A stretch of DNA of 64,000 nt from an uncultured delta proteobacterium (GTDB lineage: Bacteria > Myxococcota_A > Polyangia > Palsa-1104), in contig CAWAWS010000006.1 of assembly GCA_963785725.1 (NCBI GenBank), forward strand, positions 320,001-384,000, given 5' to 3'. The notes below the pieces were generated by a model, which was not told the DNA's origin, ran no database searches, and saw nothing but the letters and a program-made list of their open reading frames with translations. Every line of letters begins with the position of its first letter. Within the stretch, counting starts at the first letter, position 1. The position numbers and the translations under genes are program-made. Below, piece by piece: positions 54,036-63,381 of the stretch.

Positions 54036-54144
54036 CGGCCCATGCTACGAGCCTGGCTGAAGACGGCAACTTTTGCGGGGAGACTGCAACGCTGCGGGTC
54101 GCTGAAGCCGCAGATCGGCCGAGCGACCCGAGCGTGGTGAACGC

Positions 54145-55444
54145 TTACAGCGACAACAGCTTGGCGCGCGCGTCTTTGACGTTCTTCATCGCGTTGCGCG
54201 TGTCGACGACGATCTTGGCCTTGGCGCCGACGGCCTTGTAGTCGACCGCGGTGTGATCGGTGACGATGATGACGCAGTCGAAGCTGTCGAGCTTGTCGAA
54301 CGGCACCGACTTGCAGCGAGTGCTCGCCAATCTGCACGGTCGGGCAGTGCGGATCGTGATAGCTGACGTCGGCGCCCTTCTTTTGCAGCAGCTCGATGAC
54401 GTCGAGCGCCGGCGATTCGCGCAGATCCTCGATGTCCTTCTTGTAGGCGATGCCGAGCACGAGGATCTTGCTGCCGTTGATGGCCTTCTTGGCCTCGTTG
54501 AGCGCGTCCTGCGTCTTTTCGACGACGAGATGCGGCATGTGCGAGTTGATCTCGTCGGCGAGCGTGATGAAGCGCGCTTCGTACTTGAGCGTGCGCAGCT
54601 TCCACGACAAATAGAGCGGATCGACCGGGATGCAGTGCCCGCCGAGGCCCGGACCCGGGTAGAACTTCATGAAGCCGAAGGGCTTGGTCGCCGCGGCGTC
54701 GATGACTTCCCAGGTGTTCATGCCGAGCTTGTGGCACATGATGGCCACTTCGTTCACGAGGCCGATGTTGACCGCGCGGAACGTGTTCTCGAGCAGCTTG
54801 CACATCTCGGCCGCGTCGGTCGACGACACCGGAACGAGTGTGTCGATGACGTGGCCGTACATCGCCTGAATCGCCTCCAAGCAGCGCGGCGTCGTGCCGC
54901 CGACCACCTTGGGCGTGTTCTTGGTCTGGAACTTCTCGTTACCCGGATCGACGCGCTCGGGCGAGAAGCACAAGAAGAAGTCTTCGCCGACCTTGAGCCC
55001 CGACTCGTTCAGCTTGGGCAGCAGGATCTCGCGCGTGAAGCCTGGAAACGTCGTCGACTCGAGGACGATCAGCATGTCCTTGTGCAACATCGGCTTCAGG
55101 TCTTCGGCCGCCATCATGATGAAGCCGTTGTCCGGCTCCTTCGTCTTGTTGAGCGGCGTCGGCACGCAGATGACCACGACGTCGGCTTCGCCGAGCACCT
55201 TCGGATCGCCCGAGGCGTCGAGCTTGCCCGACTTGACGAGCGGCGCGAGCACGCTGTCCGGGATGTCGCCGATATACGACTTCCCTTCATTGACCGACTT
55301 CACCTTGAAGTCGTGCTTGTCGTAGCCGGTCGTGCGGAACCCCGCCTTCGCCATTTCGACGCAGAGCGGAAGCCCGACATAACCGATGCCGATGACGGCA
55401 ACCTTCGCCTCGTGGGTCTTGATCTTCTCGAGCAACGTGGCCAT
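54145..55444 (-). CDS. UDP-GlcNAc/ManNAc-type nucleotide-sugar dehydrogenase (apparent frameshift near 54315)
   Basis: VIGIGYVGLP, ICVPTP, ESTTFPG, FSPERVDPG, KLLEN, GPGLGGHCIPVDP; C-terminal DCVIIVTDH...VDTRN in the next frame. Confidence 0.92.
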
Positions 55445-55501
55445 GCGCGTGTCTCCTCGTAGTGCCGTATGTCGCTTTATAAGGCTTACTCGGCAGGTTC
55501 T

Positions 55502-56221
55502 CTAGTCGGGCAGCTCGCCTTGCAAGATCCGGCGCGGATTTTCCTCCAGCAATCGGCGTACTGCGCCGTCGCCGAGCTTTTTTTGCAGCCAGCGAATTCC
55601 TAGTCCCGCGTCCTTCGCGTCTTCCGCCGAATGCACGTCGCTGGCGCAGGCGTGCGCGAGCCCATCGCGCACCAAGCGCTGCGCCGCTTCGCCGGCGACC
55701 GGACCGTGCGCGCCGGCGAGCGCGCCCAAATCGACGACGAGAGCGGCCGTGCGACCGATCGCCGCCAGGCGCTCCGGTTGGCGACAGAGCCCGTGATAAC
55801 GCTCGGGATGCGCCAACACCGGCAAGCGACCGCGCGCGCGCAAACGGAAGAGCTGTTCCTCCAGCTGCGGCGGTGTGGCTACCGGCGCGACCTCGACGAG
55901 GAACGCGCGTTCTCCGGTGTACGCCGGCTGCGCATCGGTGCGCGCACGCTCCAGAAACAGCTCGTCCCAAAAATTCTCAGCTCCGAGGCGTAGCTCGACG
56001 GAAACGTGCGCTTCGGCGAGCGCGGCCACGACTTCGGCACGCGCCTTGGAAATAGCCTCGCTCGTCGGCACCCACGAGCCGACCTTTTGGTGCGGGGTGC
56101 AACAGACGACGTCGAAGCCGAGCCGACCGAGCAGGCCCACGACCTCTACCGCCTCCGCGAGCGTCTTGACGCCGTCGTCGAGCGCGGGAAGGACGTGGGA
56201 GTGCAGGTCGACGAAGCCCAT
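55502..56221 (-). CDS. PHP-family protein-tyrosine phosphatase (CpsB/CapC-like)
   Basis: VDLHSHVLPALDDG, CTPH, GAE, LAHPERY, ASDVH, ENP. Confidence 0.9.
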   Translation of the reverse strand: MGFVDLHSHVLPALDDGVKTLAEAVEVVGLLGRLGFDVVCCTPHQKVGSWVPTSEAISKARAEVVAALAEAHVSVELRLGAENFWDELFLERARTDAQPAYTGERAFLVEVAPVATPPQLEEQLFRLRARGRLPVLAHPERYHGLCRQPERLAAIGRTAALVVDLGALAGAHGPVAGEAAQRLVRDGLAHACASDVHSAEDAKDAGLGIRWLQKKLGDGAVRRLLEENPRRILQGELPD

Positions 56222-56259
56222 TGGCAGTTGGGGATTGTAAAGCAAAAGGCGAAAAATAA

Positions 56260-57045
56260 ATGCAAGACGGTCGATCCACAGATTTGGCAGGGTTGCAGGG
56301 CGCGGACGGCTCGGTGATGTTCTCGCTGCGGGAGCTGCGCGATTTGGAGGTCGAGCGCATCGAAGACGAGATCGCCGCCGATCGCCGGCGACAGGCGCAA
56401 CGCGAGGAGGCGCAGCGGGCGGCGGCCGCCGCCGAGGCCGCGCGAGTTGCCGAGGCGCAGCGCGCGGAAATCGCGCGGCAGCACGCGATGGCCGAGGAGC
56501 GCGAGCGCAATCGGCGGCGCGACGAGCTCGAGCTCATCGCCATCGAAGCGCGGCTCGACCAGGAGGAGCAAGAGCGGCTGGAGACCGTGCGGCGCGCGGC
56601 CGAAGCGCAGGCGGCGATCGACATCAAGCGCGCGTCGCCGGTGCGCAAAGTGGTCGGCCTCGTCGGTGCGGTGGTCGCGTTCGGCGGCATCACGGTGGCG
56701 CTGTTGATGCGCTCGGGTGACGCGGAGCTGGCGCGCACGCAAGCGGACATGAAGGCGCAGGCGCTGGCGGCGCAGCGGGTCGTCGACGAGGCCAACGAGG
56801 CCGAGGTGGCGCGCTTTACGACGCAGCTGGCCGGTCTGCAGTCGGAATTGGCGGCGGCGCAAGCGCGCGAGCAGGCGGCGCAAGAAGCGGCGCGGGCGGC
56901 GCGGCACGAAGAAGAGGAGCGCGCGCGGCAAGCCACGCCGCGTCATCATCGGGTGGCGACCGCGGGAGCCAGTCGGCCGGGAGCAAAATCGGCCGCTTCC
57001 GCGCCCCTCGATTCGGCCGCCGAAAGCATCCTCGACAATCTGTAA
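56260..57045 (+). CDS. Coiled-coil single-TM protein (paralog A)
   Basis: N-terminal DGSVMFSLRELRDLE, E/R/A-rich coil, TM helix, second coil, acidic C-terminus ILDNL. Confidence 0.7.
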   Translation: MQDGRSTDLAGLQGADGSVMFSLRELRDLEVERIEDEIAADRRRQAQREEAQRAAAAAEAARVAEAQRAEIARQHAMAEERERNRRRDELELIAIEARLDQEEQERLETVRRAAEAQAAIDIKRASPVRKVVGLVGAVVAFGGITVALLMRSGDAELARTQADMKAQALAAQRVVDEANEAEVARFTTQLAGLQSELAAAQAREQAAQEAARAARHEEEERARQATPRHHRVATAGASRPGAKSAASAPLDSAAESILDNL

Positions 57046-57110
57046 TCTCGCGGCCTTGAACCGGAACATCGGCTATGCTAGACCTACCGAATCAGGTAGG
57101 AGTCCCCGTA

Positions 57111-57851
57111 ATGGCCGAGCGTCGTGAAAACTCCGTCCTCTTTTCGCTGAACGAGCTGCGCAACATCGAGCAGGATCGCGTGCGCGGCGAAGAGGAAGCC
57201 GAGCAGTCCCGCATCGAGGCGGATCGGCGGGCGCGCGAAGAAGAAATTCGTCGCGCCAAGGAGGCCGAAGAGGCCAAGAAGCGCGCGGAAGAAGATCGTA
57301 TCCGCGCCGATCAACTGGAAAAAGAGCGGATTGCGCGCGAGCACGACCTGCGGCTCAAGGAGTCGGAGCGGCGGGCGCAGATCGAAGCGGCGGCCAAGCT
57401 CGAGCAGGCGCGTATCGAAGCCGAGGCGCGGGCACGCATCGAGGGCAAGAAGTTCCCGACGACGCAGGTGGTCGGCGGCATCATCGCCCTCGTCCTCGTC
57501 GCCGGCGGCATCATGAGCTACCTCGTGTCGACGCATAACGCCGAGATGGCGCGGCAGCAGGCGGAGATGGCGCAGCAGCAGCAGAAGGCGGAAGCCGATC
57601 GCCGCGCCGAGCAGGTGCGCCAGCAAGCGCTGCAGAAGCAGCTCGACGACATGCAGGCGCAGCTGTCGAAGGCCAACACCGACGCCGAGAAGGCGCAGAT
57701 TCGCGCCAAGATCGCGGCCACGGTCGCAGAGAAGACGACGCGTCCGGCGGCGGCTTCGCACGCGCAGGCGGCGCGCCCGGCCAAGGAGAAGGCGGCGGCC
57801 AAGCCGAACGTCAAGACCACCGACGATCCGTTGGGCGGCTTGGGTCTGTAG
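57111..57851 (+). CDS. Coiled-coil single-TM protein (paralog B)
   Basis: AGGAG RBS; MAERRENSVLFSLNELRNIE, coil, TM helix, coil, C-terminal DDPLGGLGL. Confidence 0.8.
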   Translation: MAERRENSVLFSLNELRNIEQDRVRGEEEAEQSRIEADRRAREEEIRRAKEAEEAKKRAEEDRIRADQLEKERIAREHDLRLKESERRAQIEAAAKLEQARIEAEARARIEGKKFPTTQVVGGIIALVLVAGGIMSYLVSTHNAEMARQQAEMAQQQQKAEADRRAEQVRQQALQKQLDDMQAQLSKANTDAEKAQIRAKIAATVAEKTTRPAAASHAQAARPAKEKAAAKPNVKTTDDPLGGLGL

Positions 57852-57926
57852 CTCGTCCCGCTTCGTTCGACCCGTTCCAATCATCGTAAATTTCGACGTC
57901 GCGCGAGTGGCCGCTATGATGCGGGC

Positions 57927-58340
57927 ATGAGTGACGACAAGAACGCGATCGTGCGGCAGCAGCCGTATGCGATCGCGCCGCAGGACGGCGTTCGTTCGCA
58001 GCTGGTGTCGACGTCGTTCACGATCGAAGGGCACCGCATCGTCAAGAGCTTGGGCGTCGTGCGCGGCATCGTCGTGCGGTCGCGCTCGGTGATCGGCAGC
58101 CTGGGCGCGGCGTTACAGACGATCTTCGGCGGCAACATCACCATCCTGACCAACCTGTGCGAGCAGGCGCGGTCGGAGGCGTTCCACGTCATGCAGGTGC
58201 ACGCGGCGCAGCTCGGCGCCAACGGCATCATCGGCATGCGCTACGACGCGACCGAGCTGATGGCCGGCGTCACCGAGGTGCTCGCCTACGGCACGGCCGT
58301 GGTGGTCGAGCCCGAAGCCGGACCCAGCGCCTATCGTTGA
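57927..58340 (+). CDS. YbjQ (UPF0145) family protein
   Basis: [41 protein letters not shown]. Confidence 0.9.
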   Translation: MSDDKNAIVRQQPYAIAPQDGVRSQLVSTSFTIEGHRIVKSLGVVRGIVVRSRSVIGSLGAALQTIFGGNITILTNLCEQARSEAFHVMQVHAAQLGANGIIGMRYDATELMAGVTEVLAYGTAVVVEPEAGPSAYR

Positions 58341-58500
58341 CCGGCCGTCGTTGACGGCGACGAAGCGGCCGCGCGATTCTGCGTGTTGATCTTTTTCGTG
58401 ACGTCGACTATGAACGTTGCACCGCGAATCGCGCCGGACGTCGCCAGCGACGGAGTGGGGCGATGATGGTGCAAGTCAGCGGCTGAAAAAGAGAGCACAG

Positions 58501-58573
58501 GGTGCCGTCGCCAAGCTGGTAAGGCAACGGACTGCAAATCCGTCATTCCCCGGTTCAAATCCGGGCGGCACCT
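58501..58573 (+). tRNA. tRNA-Cys (GCA), CCA not encoded
   Basis: Acceptor GGTGCCG/CGGCACC, anticodon arm ACGGA-CTGCAAA-TCCGT, T arm CCCGG-TTCAAAT-CCGGG, discriminator U. Confidence 0.96.
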
Positions 58574-58588
58574 CGAAGGCAGTAAGCG

Positions 58589-58617
58589 AAAAGCCCCGAT
58601 GACCTCGGGGCTTTTTT
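58589..58617. terminator. Terminator after tRNA-Cys (bidirectional-looking)
   Basis: AAAAGCCCCGA-TGACC-TCGGGGCTTTTTT. Confidence 0.85.
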
Positions 58618-59209
58618 ACGTCCGGACGGCGCTGCTCGTCGCCGCCGGCGCGGGCGACCGCGAAGGCGCGGCGCTCCACATCGGCCACGTCGCCAGCCCG
58701 AGGTACAAGCCGAGCGCGACGACGAGCCACGGGATGGTCGAGCGCTCGATCGCGAAGCCGCGCTCGAGGCGGCGCGATCGCCACTGCCACACGGCCCAGC
58801 CGGCATATACGGCGACGACGGCCAGCGTGGCCACGTAGACTGTCGGACCCGCGGGCGCGAGCCAAGCGGTGGTGGGGCGGACGAAGTCGAGCGACTCGAG
58901 CAGCGTCTTGACGCCGATGGCGACGCCGGTGCCGGTCCAAAAGCGGAGCCAGCCGGGGCGACGACGCGATTGCGCGGCCAGCAGCGTGGCGGCGACCAGC
59001 TGCGCGACGCCCATCAGCGGAATGCGCAGCGCGCTGACCGCGCTCTTGGGCATGAGCCGCGTCGCCGCGCCCGACCACGTGCGGTAGACGAAGAGCCAGT
59101 CGGGCAAGTCGTGGTAGCGCGCCACGACGAGGACGAGCCCGGCCAGCGCCGCGATGAAGGCGCCACGAAGGAGTGAGCGGGGCGCGGCGTCCATCGCGAC
59201 ATCGATGGT
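58616..59209 (-). CDS. Hypothetical membrane protein
   Basis: About five hydrophobic segments; start uncertain. Confidence 0.55.
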   Translation of the reverse strand, partial: TIDVAMDAAPRSLLRGAFIAALAGLVLVVARYHDLPDWLFVYRTWSGAATRLMPKSAVSALRIPLMGVAQLVAATLLAAQSRRRPGWLRFWTGTGVAIGVKTLLESLDFVRPTTAWLAPAGPTVYVATLAVVAVYAGWAVWQWRSRRLERGFAIERSTIPWLVVALGLYLGLATWPMWSAAPSRSPAPAATSSAVRT

Positions 59210-59245
59210 CATCGTCGGGCGCGCTGTCAAGGCGCGACGAGCGCG

Positions 59246-59731
59246 TCAGTCTTCGTCGGCGAACCAGATGAGGCCGATCGTGACCGCGTCGGCCGCGACC
59301 ACGCCGAGGTCGAACGTATGCCGCGTGCGCGACGTCCACGACGCCAGCGCGCGCGGCCCGCTCTCCGCTTCCACCGCGTTCGTGTACAGCTGCGCCGCGT
59401 CGCCGAAACGGTCGAAGAACTCGCCCGCCGCCTCCTCCGCCTGCGCGACGTCGCTGTCACGCGCTTCGTTGGCGTACGCGAGGTCATGACGCATCCAATG
59501 GACGACGAGCGCCCGCGCCTCCTCCATCCCGATCTCGCGCCAACCTTCGCTGCCCGGCGTCTGATCGCCGTCTTTGCCGAGCGACCGCAGATTCGCGGCG
59601 TCGACGTAGGCTTCCAGCTCGTCGAACGAGACCGCGCCCTGTCGCGAGCGGACGCGCCAATCGCACAACACCCAGCCCGCCTCGCGGATGGCGCGCATTC
59701 GACTGGTGAGCTCTTCGGGCGAGGTCGACAT
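59246..59731 (-). CDS. Hypothetical protein with acidic C-terminus
   Basis: GGAAGG RBS before MSTSPEEL; ends TFDLGVVAADAVTIGLIWFADED. Confidence 0.6.
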   Translation of the reverse strand: MSTSPEELTSRMRAIREAGWVLCDWRVRSRQGAVSFDELEAYVDAANLRSLGKDGDQTPGSEGWREIGMEEARALVVHWMRHDLAYANEARDSDVAQAEEAAGEFFDRFGDAAQLYTNAVEAESGPRALASWTSRTRHTFDLGVVAADAVTIGLIWFADED

Positions 59732-59744
59732 CGCGCCTTCCATA

Positions 59745-61571
59745 TCACGCGAAGGCGGGCGGGCGCTCCTTGGCGACGCCGGCGGCCGTTTCCAGCGCCA
59801 GACCGACGCGACCGAGCAAACCCTCGTCGAACAGGCGGCCGACGAGCGTCGGGCCGTGCGGCACGCGGCGCGGCGGCGCAAACGTCGGCAGCGGCCGCGC
59901 CGGATCGGGCGCCCAATCGCTGCGCGCTTTGTCGACGCTGATGAAGCCCGTGCGCAGCGTCAGCGACGGATGGCCGGTGAAGTTGGAGATCGTCAGCATC
60001 TCGTCGCGCAGCGACGGCACGATGAGCACATCCGCCTCCGTCATCAGCCGCGCCATCTCGACGGCCACGCGACGGCGCAGTCGATCGGCCTGCACGAAGT
60101 CGATCGCCGACAGGAAACGCGCCTGCCGCACCGAGTTGGGCCAGGCGTCGGCCACTTGCATCTTGAGCGCGTCGAGGCCGTGACCGAGCGCCAGCTCTTC
60201 GAAGGAGGCGCCCACTTCGCCCATCAAGATCGTCTGCAGCGACGCATAAGGCCAATCGGGCAGCTTGACCTCGACGAGCTTGATGCCGAGACCGCGCAAG
60301 AGGTCGAGCGCTTGCCGATCGACTTCGGTCGCGGGCGCTTCGTTCATCCACGCCGGGACATAGCCGACGCGCAGGCCGCGCACCGGCGCCGTCGCGTCGA
60401 AGTCGAGGCGGCTCGGGACGCTCGACGGATCGCCGGCGTCGGGACCGCTCAAGACGCGCAAGACCAAGAGCGTGTCCTCGACGGTGCGCGCCATCGGGCC
60501 GAGCTTGTCGAGCGACCAGCTCAGCGTGAGCGCGCCGGTGCGCGGCACGCGGCCGAACGTCGGGCGCAAGCCGGCGACGCCGCAGCGCGTGCTCGGCGAC
60601 ACGATGCTGCCCAGCGTCTCCGAGCCGAGCGCAAAGCCGACGAGCCCAGCGGCGACGGCGGCGCCCGGTCCGGCGCTCGAGCCCGACGCGCCCTCTTCGA
60701 GCAGCCACGGATTCTTGGTCTGCCCGCCGAACCAGACGTCGTTGAGCGCGAGCGCGCCCAGGCTCAATTTCGCGACGAGGACGGCGCCGGCGTCGCGCAA
60801 GCGGCGCACGACGGTGGCGTCTTCGCCGGGCACGCGCGTGCGGAAGGGCTCGGCGCCGTAGGTCGTCGCGACGCCGGCCGTGTCGACGAGATCTTTGGCG
60901 CCCCAAGGAACGCCGTGCAGCGGGCCGCGATAGTGACCGCGCTCGAGCTCGCTGTCGGCGCGACGCGCTTCGGCCAGCGCTTCGTCGCGCAGGATCGTGA
61001 TGCTGCACAAGAGGCGCGACTGATAACGCTCGAGCCGCTCGAGGTAGATGCGCGTCAACCGCTCGGACGTCAGGCGCCGCGTCTCCAGCCAGCGCGACAG
61101 CGAAGTCAGCGGCGCGAACGCGATGTCTTCGTCGGCGAGCGGCAGGGCCGGCGTCGCCGTATGGCTGCGCACGAACCGGTCCTTCGTCACCTTGGGCGTC
61201 GCTCCCGCCGCCGTCGGGCCGAGCAGCGACGACGGTTGCCAGCGTGTCGCCGGCGCGCCGTCGAGCGGCACTTTGCGCGGTCCGGTGCGCCGTTCGAGCA
61301 TGGGCGCCATCGACTGCCGCCAGTTCGACGCCGCCAAGGCGCGCTCCGCCGGCGTCAGCTTGACCTGCATCAGCTTCTCGGCCTCGGCGAACGTGGCCGC
61401 GCTGACCTCCGGTCCGACGGGCGGCGCCGTGCCGAACGCCGGCGGCGAGGTCGCGGCCGGTGCGGCTTTGGCGTCGACTTTGCCGTCGGCGAGCGCGCGG
61501 CGATCGCCGGAAGCGACCGCCGCCAAGCCGAGCGCGGTGCGAGCAATGAACTGGCGGCGCGAGCTGGCCAT
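59745..61571 (-). CDS. Tat-exported amidase-signature family enzyme
   Basis: SRRQFI twin-arginine signal; GPLHGVPWGAKD, SGSSAGPG, GSETLGSIVSPS. Confidence 0.9.
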   Translation of the reverse strand: MASSRRQFIARTALGLAAVASGDRRALADGKVDAKAAPAATSPPAFGTAPPVGPEVSAATFAEAEKLMQVKLTPAERALAASNWRQSMAPMLERRTGPRKVPLDGAPATRWQPSSLLGPTAAGATPKVTKDRFVRSHTATPALPLADEDIAFAPLTSLSRWLETRRLTSERLTRIYLERLERYQSRLLCSITILRDEALAEARRADSELERGHYRGPLHGVPWGAKDLVDTAGVATTYGAEPFRTRVPGEDATVVRRLRDAGAVLVAKLSLGALALNDVWFGGQTKNPWLLEEGASGSSAGPGAAVAAGLVGFALGSETLGSIVSPSTRCGVAGLRPTFGRVPRTGALTLSWSLDKLGPMARTVEDTLLVLRVLSGPDAGDPSSVPSRLDFDATAPVRGLRVGYVPAWMNEAPATEVDRQALDLLRGLGIKLVEVKLPDWPYASLQTILMGEVGASFEELALGHGLDALKMQVADAWPNSVRQARFLSAIDFVQADRLRRRVAVEMARLMTEADVLIVPSLRDEMLTISNFTGHPSLTLRTGFISVDKARSDWAPDPARPLPTFAPPRRVPHGPTLVGRLFDEGLLGRVGLALETAAGVAKERPPAFA

Positions 61572-61751
61572 GCGATCGATGCCTCCGAAAGCGTAGACAG
61601 TAGCGCAGTTGCAACGGTGGACGCGAACGCTGCCGCGGCCGCTCGTGTTACAGGGAAGCGGCGTCGATCGTCGCTCGCAAATGTGGATAAATGTAAAGGG
61701 TCAGTAATGTTGGATTGCTCGATCGAAAAGCCGCCGTCATGATGTAACGAC

Positions 61752-62372
61752 GTGTCTGTGAAGCGCACCGCGAATATTTTGGCAGCCATCATCGGGCTCT
61801 CGGCCGGCTCGGCGTTCGCAGCAGACGAAGGCTGGAAAGAGTGCGGCCACAAAGACGGCGTCATCGTCGAGAAGCGGGCGGTGCCGGGCTCGCGCTTCGT
61901 CGAGAATCGCGCGCGCGGCCATCTCGCGATGGCGCCGGCGGCGGTGCTCGATCACATCTGGAACGGCGTCGCGCACGAGTATCCGCCGACGGTCACCAAG
62001 CGCATCCTGATCAGTCAGGCGCCGCAAGAGATGGTCATCTACGATCAGATCCATACGCCGGTCGTGAGCGATCGCGATCTGACGACGCGGCTGCATAAAG
62101 TGGCCGATCCGCAGAAGGGGATCTTCGAAATCCGCTTCGAGAGCGCCAGCGACGTCGGGCCGCCGCCCGATTCGCACTACGTTCGGCTGACCAAGGTGCG
62201 CGGGCTGTGGCACATCGAGTCCGACGGCGGCGGCGGCTCCAACGTCAGCTATCAGGTCTACAGCGAGCCGGGCGGCTCGGTCCCGGCGTTCTTGGTGCGC
62301 GGCACGTTGCAAGACGAGACCATGAAGGAGCTCGAGCGCGTCATCAACGTGCTCGGTCGCGTCAGGCACTGA
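61752..62372 (+). CDS. Exported START/SRPBCC-like protein
   Basis: Signal peptide; W...KDGVIVEKRAVPGS, PVVSDRD, EPGGSVPAFL. Confidence 0.75.
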   Translation: MSVKRTANILAAIIGLSAGSAFAADEGWKECGHKDGVIVEKRAVPGSRFVENRARGHLAMAPAAVLDHIWNGVAHEYPPTVTKRILISQAPQEMVIYDQIHTPVVSDRDLTTRLHKVADPQKGIFEIRFESASDVGPPPDSHYVRLTKVRGLWHIESDGGGGSNVSYQVYSEPGGSVPAFLVRGTLQDETMKELERVINVLGRVRH

Positions 62373-62664
62373 CGGTGGCGATGCCGCGACGGCGGCGCGC
62401 CTCCAAGCACTCGCGGCCGCCGGGCTCGACGACGCGACAGGGCGTCGGGCGCATGCTGTAGATGCGGCAGCCGAAGTGGCCTTGGCGCGCGCGCAGCGCG
62501 GCGCAGTGGCCGTGCAGCATGCGCAGAAAGACGCGCTCTTTTTTTCGCACGACGTAGCGCGCCGTCGACTGCACGTCGAAGCGGCACAAGTCGGCGACGT
62601 TGACGCTGACGTACTCCTCCGGGCCGTAACAGCAGGCGCCGCAGGTCTGACAATCGAGCTGCAT
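62362..62664 (-). CDS. YkgJ-family cysteine cluster protein
   Basis: DCQTCGACC...HCAAL...CRIYSMRPTPCR. Confidence 0.85.
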   Translation of the reverse strand: MQLDCQTCGACCYGPEEYVSVNVADLCRFDVQSTARYVVRKKERVFLRMLHGHCAALRARQGHFGCRIYSMRPTPCRVVEPGGRECLEARRRRGIATVSA

Positions 62665-62669
62665 TGCTG

Positions 62670-63353
62670 CTAACGATGGGCTTTGAGATCGGTCGTCGGC
62701 GGGACGGCGGCGAGCGGCGCCTTCGTCGACGGCGGCGCCAGCGGATGCAGGTAACCCATGCGATGCAGCTCGTTGATGCGCTGGCGGAGCGCGTGCACGA
62801 AGTTGCCGGTCGAGCGGCGCACGCCGCGATTGATCGCGCTCTTGGGCGCCACGGTATCGGGCACGGCCACGAGCTCGTAGGTGATCGCCGTCTTGCCGGG
62901 CGCGAACGGCTCGATATAGAGCGCGCCCGCGTACTGCTTGAGCGAGCCGTCCACCTTGTCGAAGCTGACGCGATAGGTCTCGCCGGGCAGCTTTTGGTAG
63001 CGGTAGCGCGCCGTCACCGTCGAGACGCCGGCCGGCCAGTGCAGATCGGCGGTCAGCTCGACGAGCGCGTGATCGGAGGTCGCCTCGCGCACCCGCGACG
63101 ACGTCACGCGCGGCATGAAGTCGGCGTAGCGCGCGTAATCGGTGGCGATGCGGAAGACTTCCTCGGGCGTGGCGTCGATGACGCCGATGGCCTTGCCGCG
63201 ATCGATGCCGCCGCCGGCCGGGTCGTTGAACGTCAAAACTTCATAGCGGCCGAGCGCATCGAGCCGCGCCGCGTCGAGACCGGGACGGGCCGAGGCCGAG
63301 CCGGTGAGCGCGAGGAGCAACGCGCCGCCGGTGAGCAAGCGGGGAACGAACAT
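62670..63353 (-). CDS. SRPBCC / polyketide cyclase-like protein, exported
   Basis: IDATPEEVFRIATDYARYADFMPRV; N-terminal signal peptide. Confidence 0.8.
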   Translation of the reverse strand: MFVPRLLTGGALLLALTGSASARPGLDAARLDALGRYEVLTFNDPAGGGIDRGKAIGVIDATPEEVFRIATDYARYADFMPRVTSSRVREATSDHALVELTADLHWPAGVSTVTARYRYQKLPGETYRVSFDKVDGSLKQYAGALYIEPFAPGKTAITYELVAVPDTVAPKSAINRGVRRSTGNFVHALRQRINELHRMGYLHPLAPPSTKAPLAAVPPTTDLKAHR

Positions 63354-63381
63354 GCTAGCGTCAAAAGCTACCAGTCCGCCG

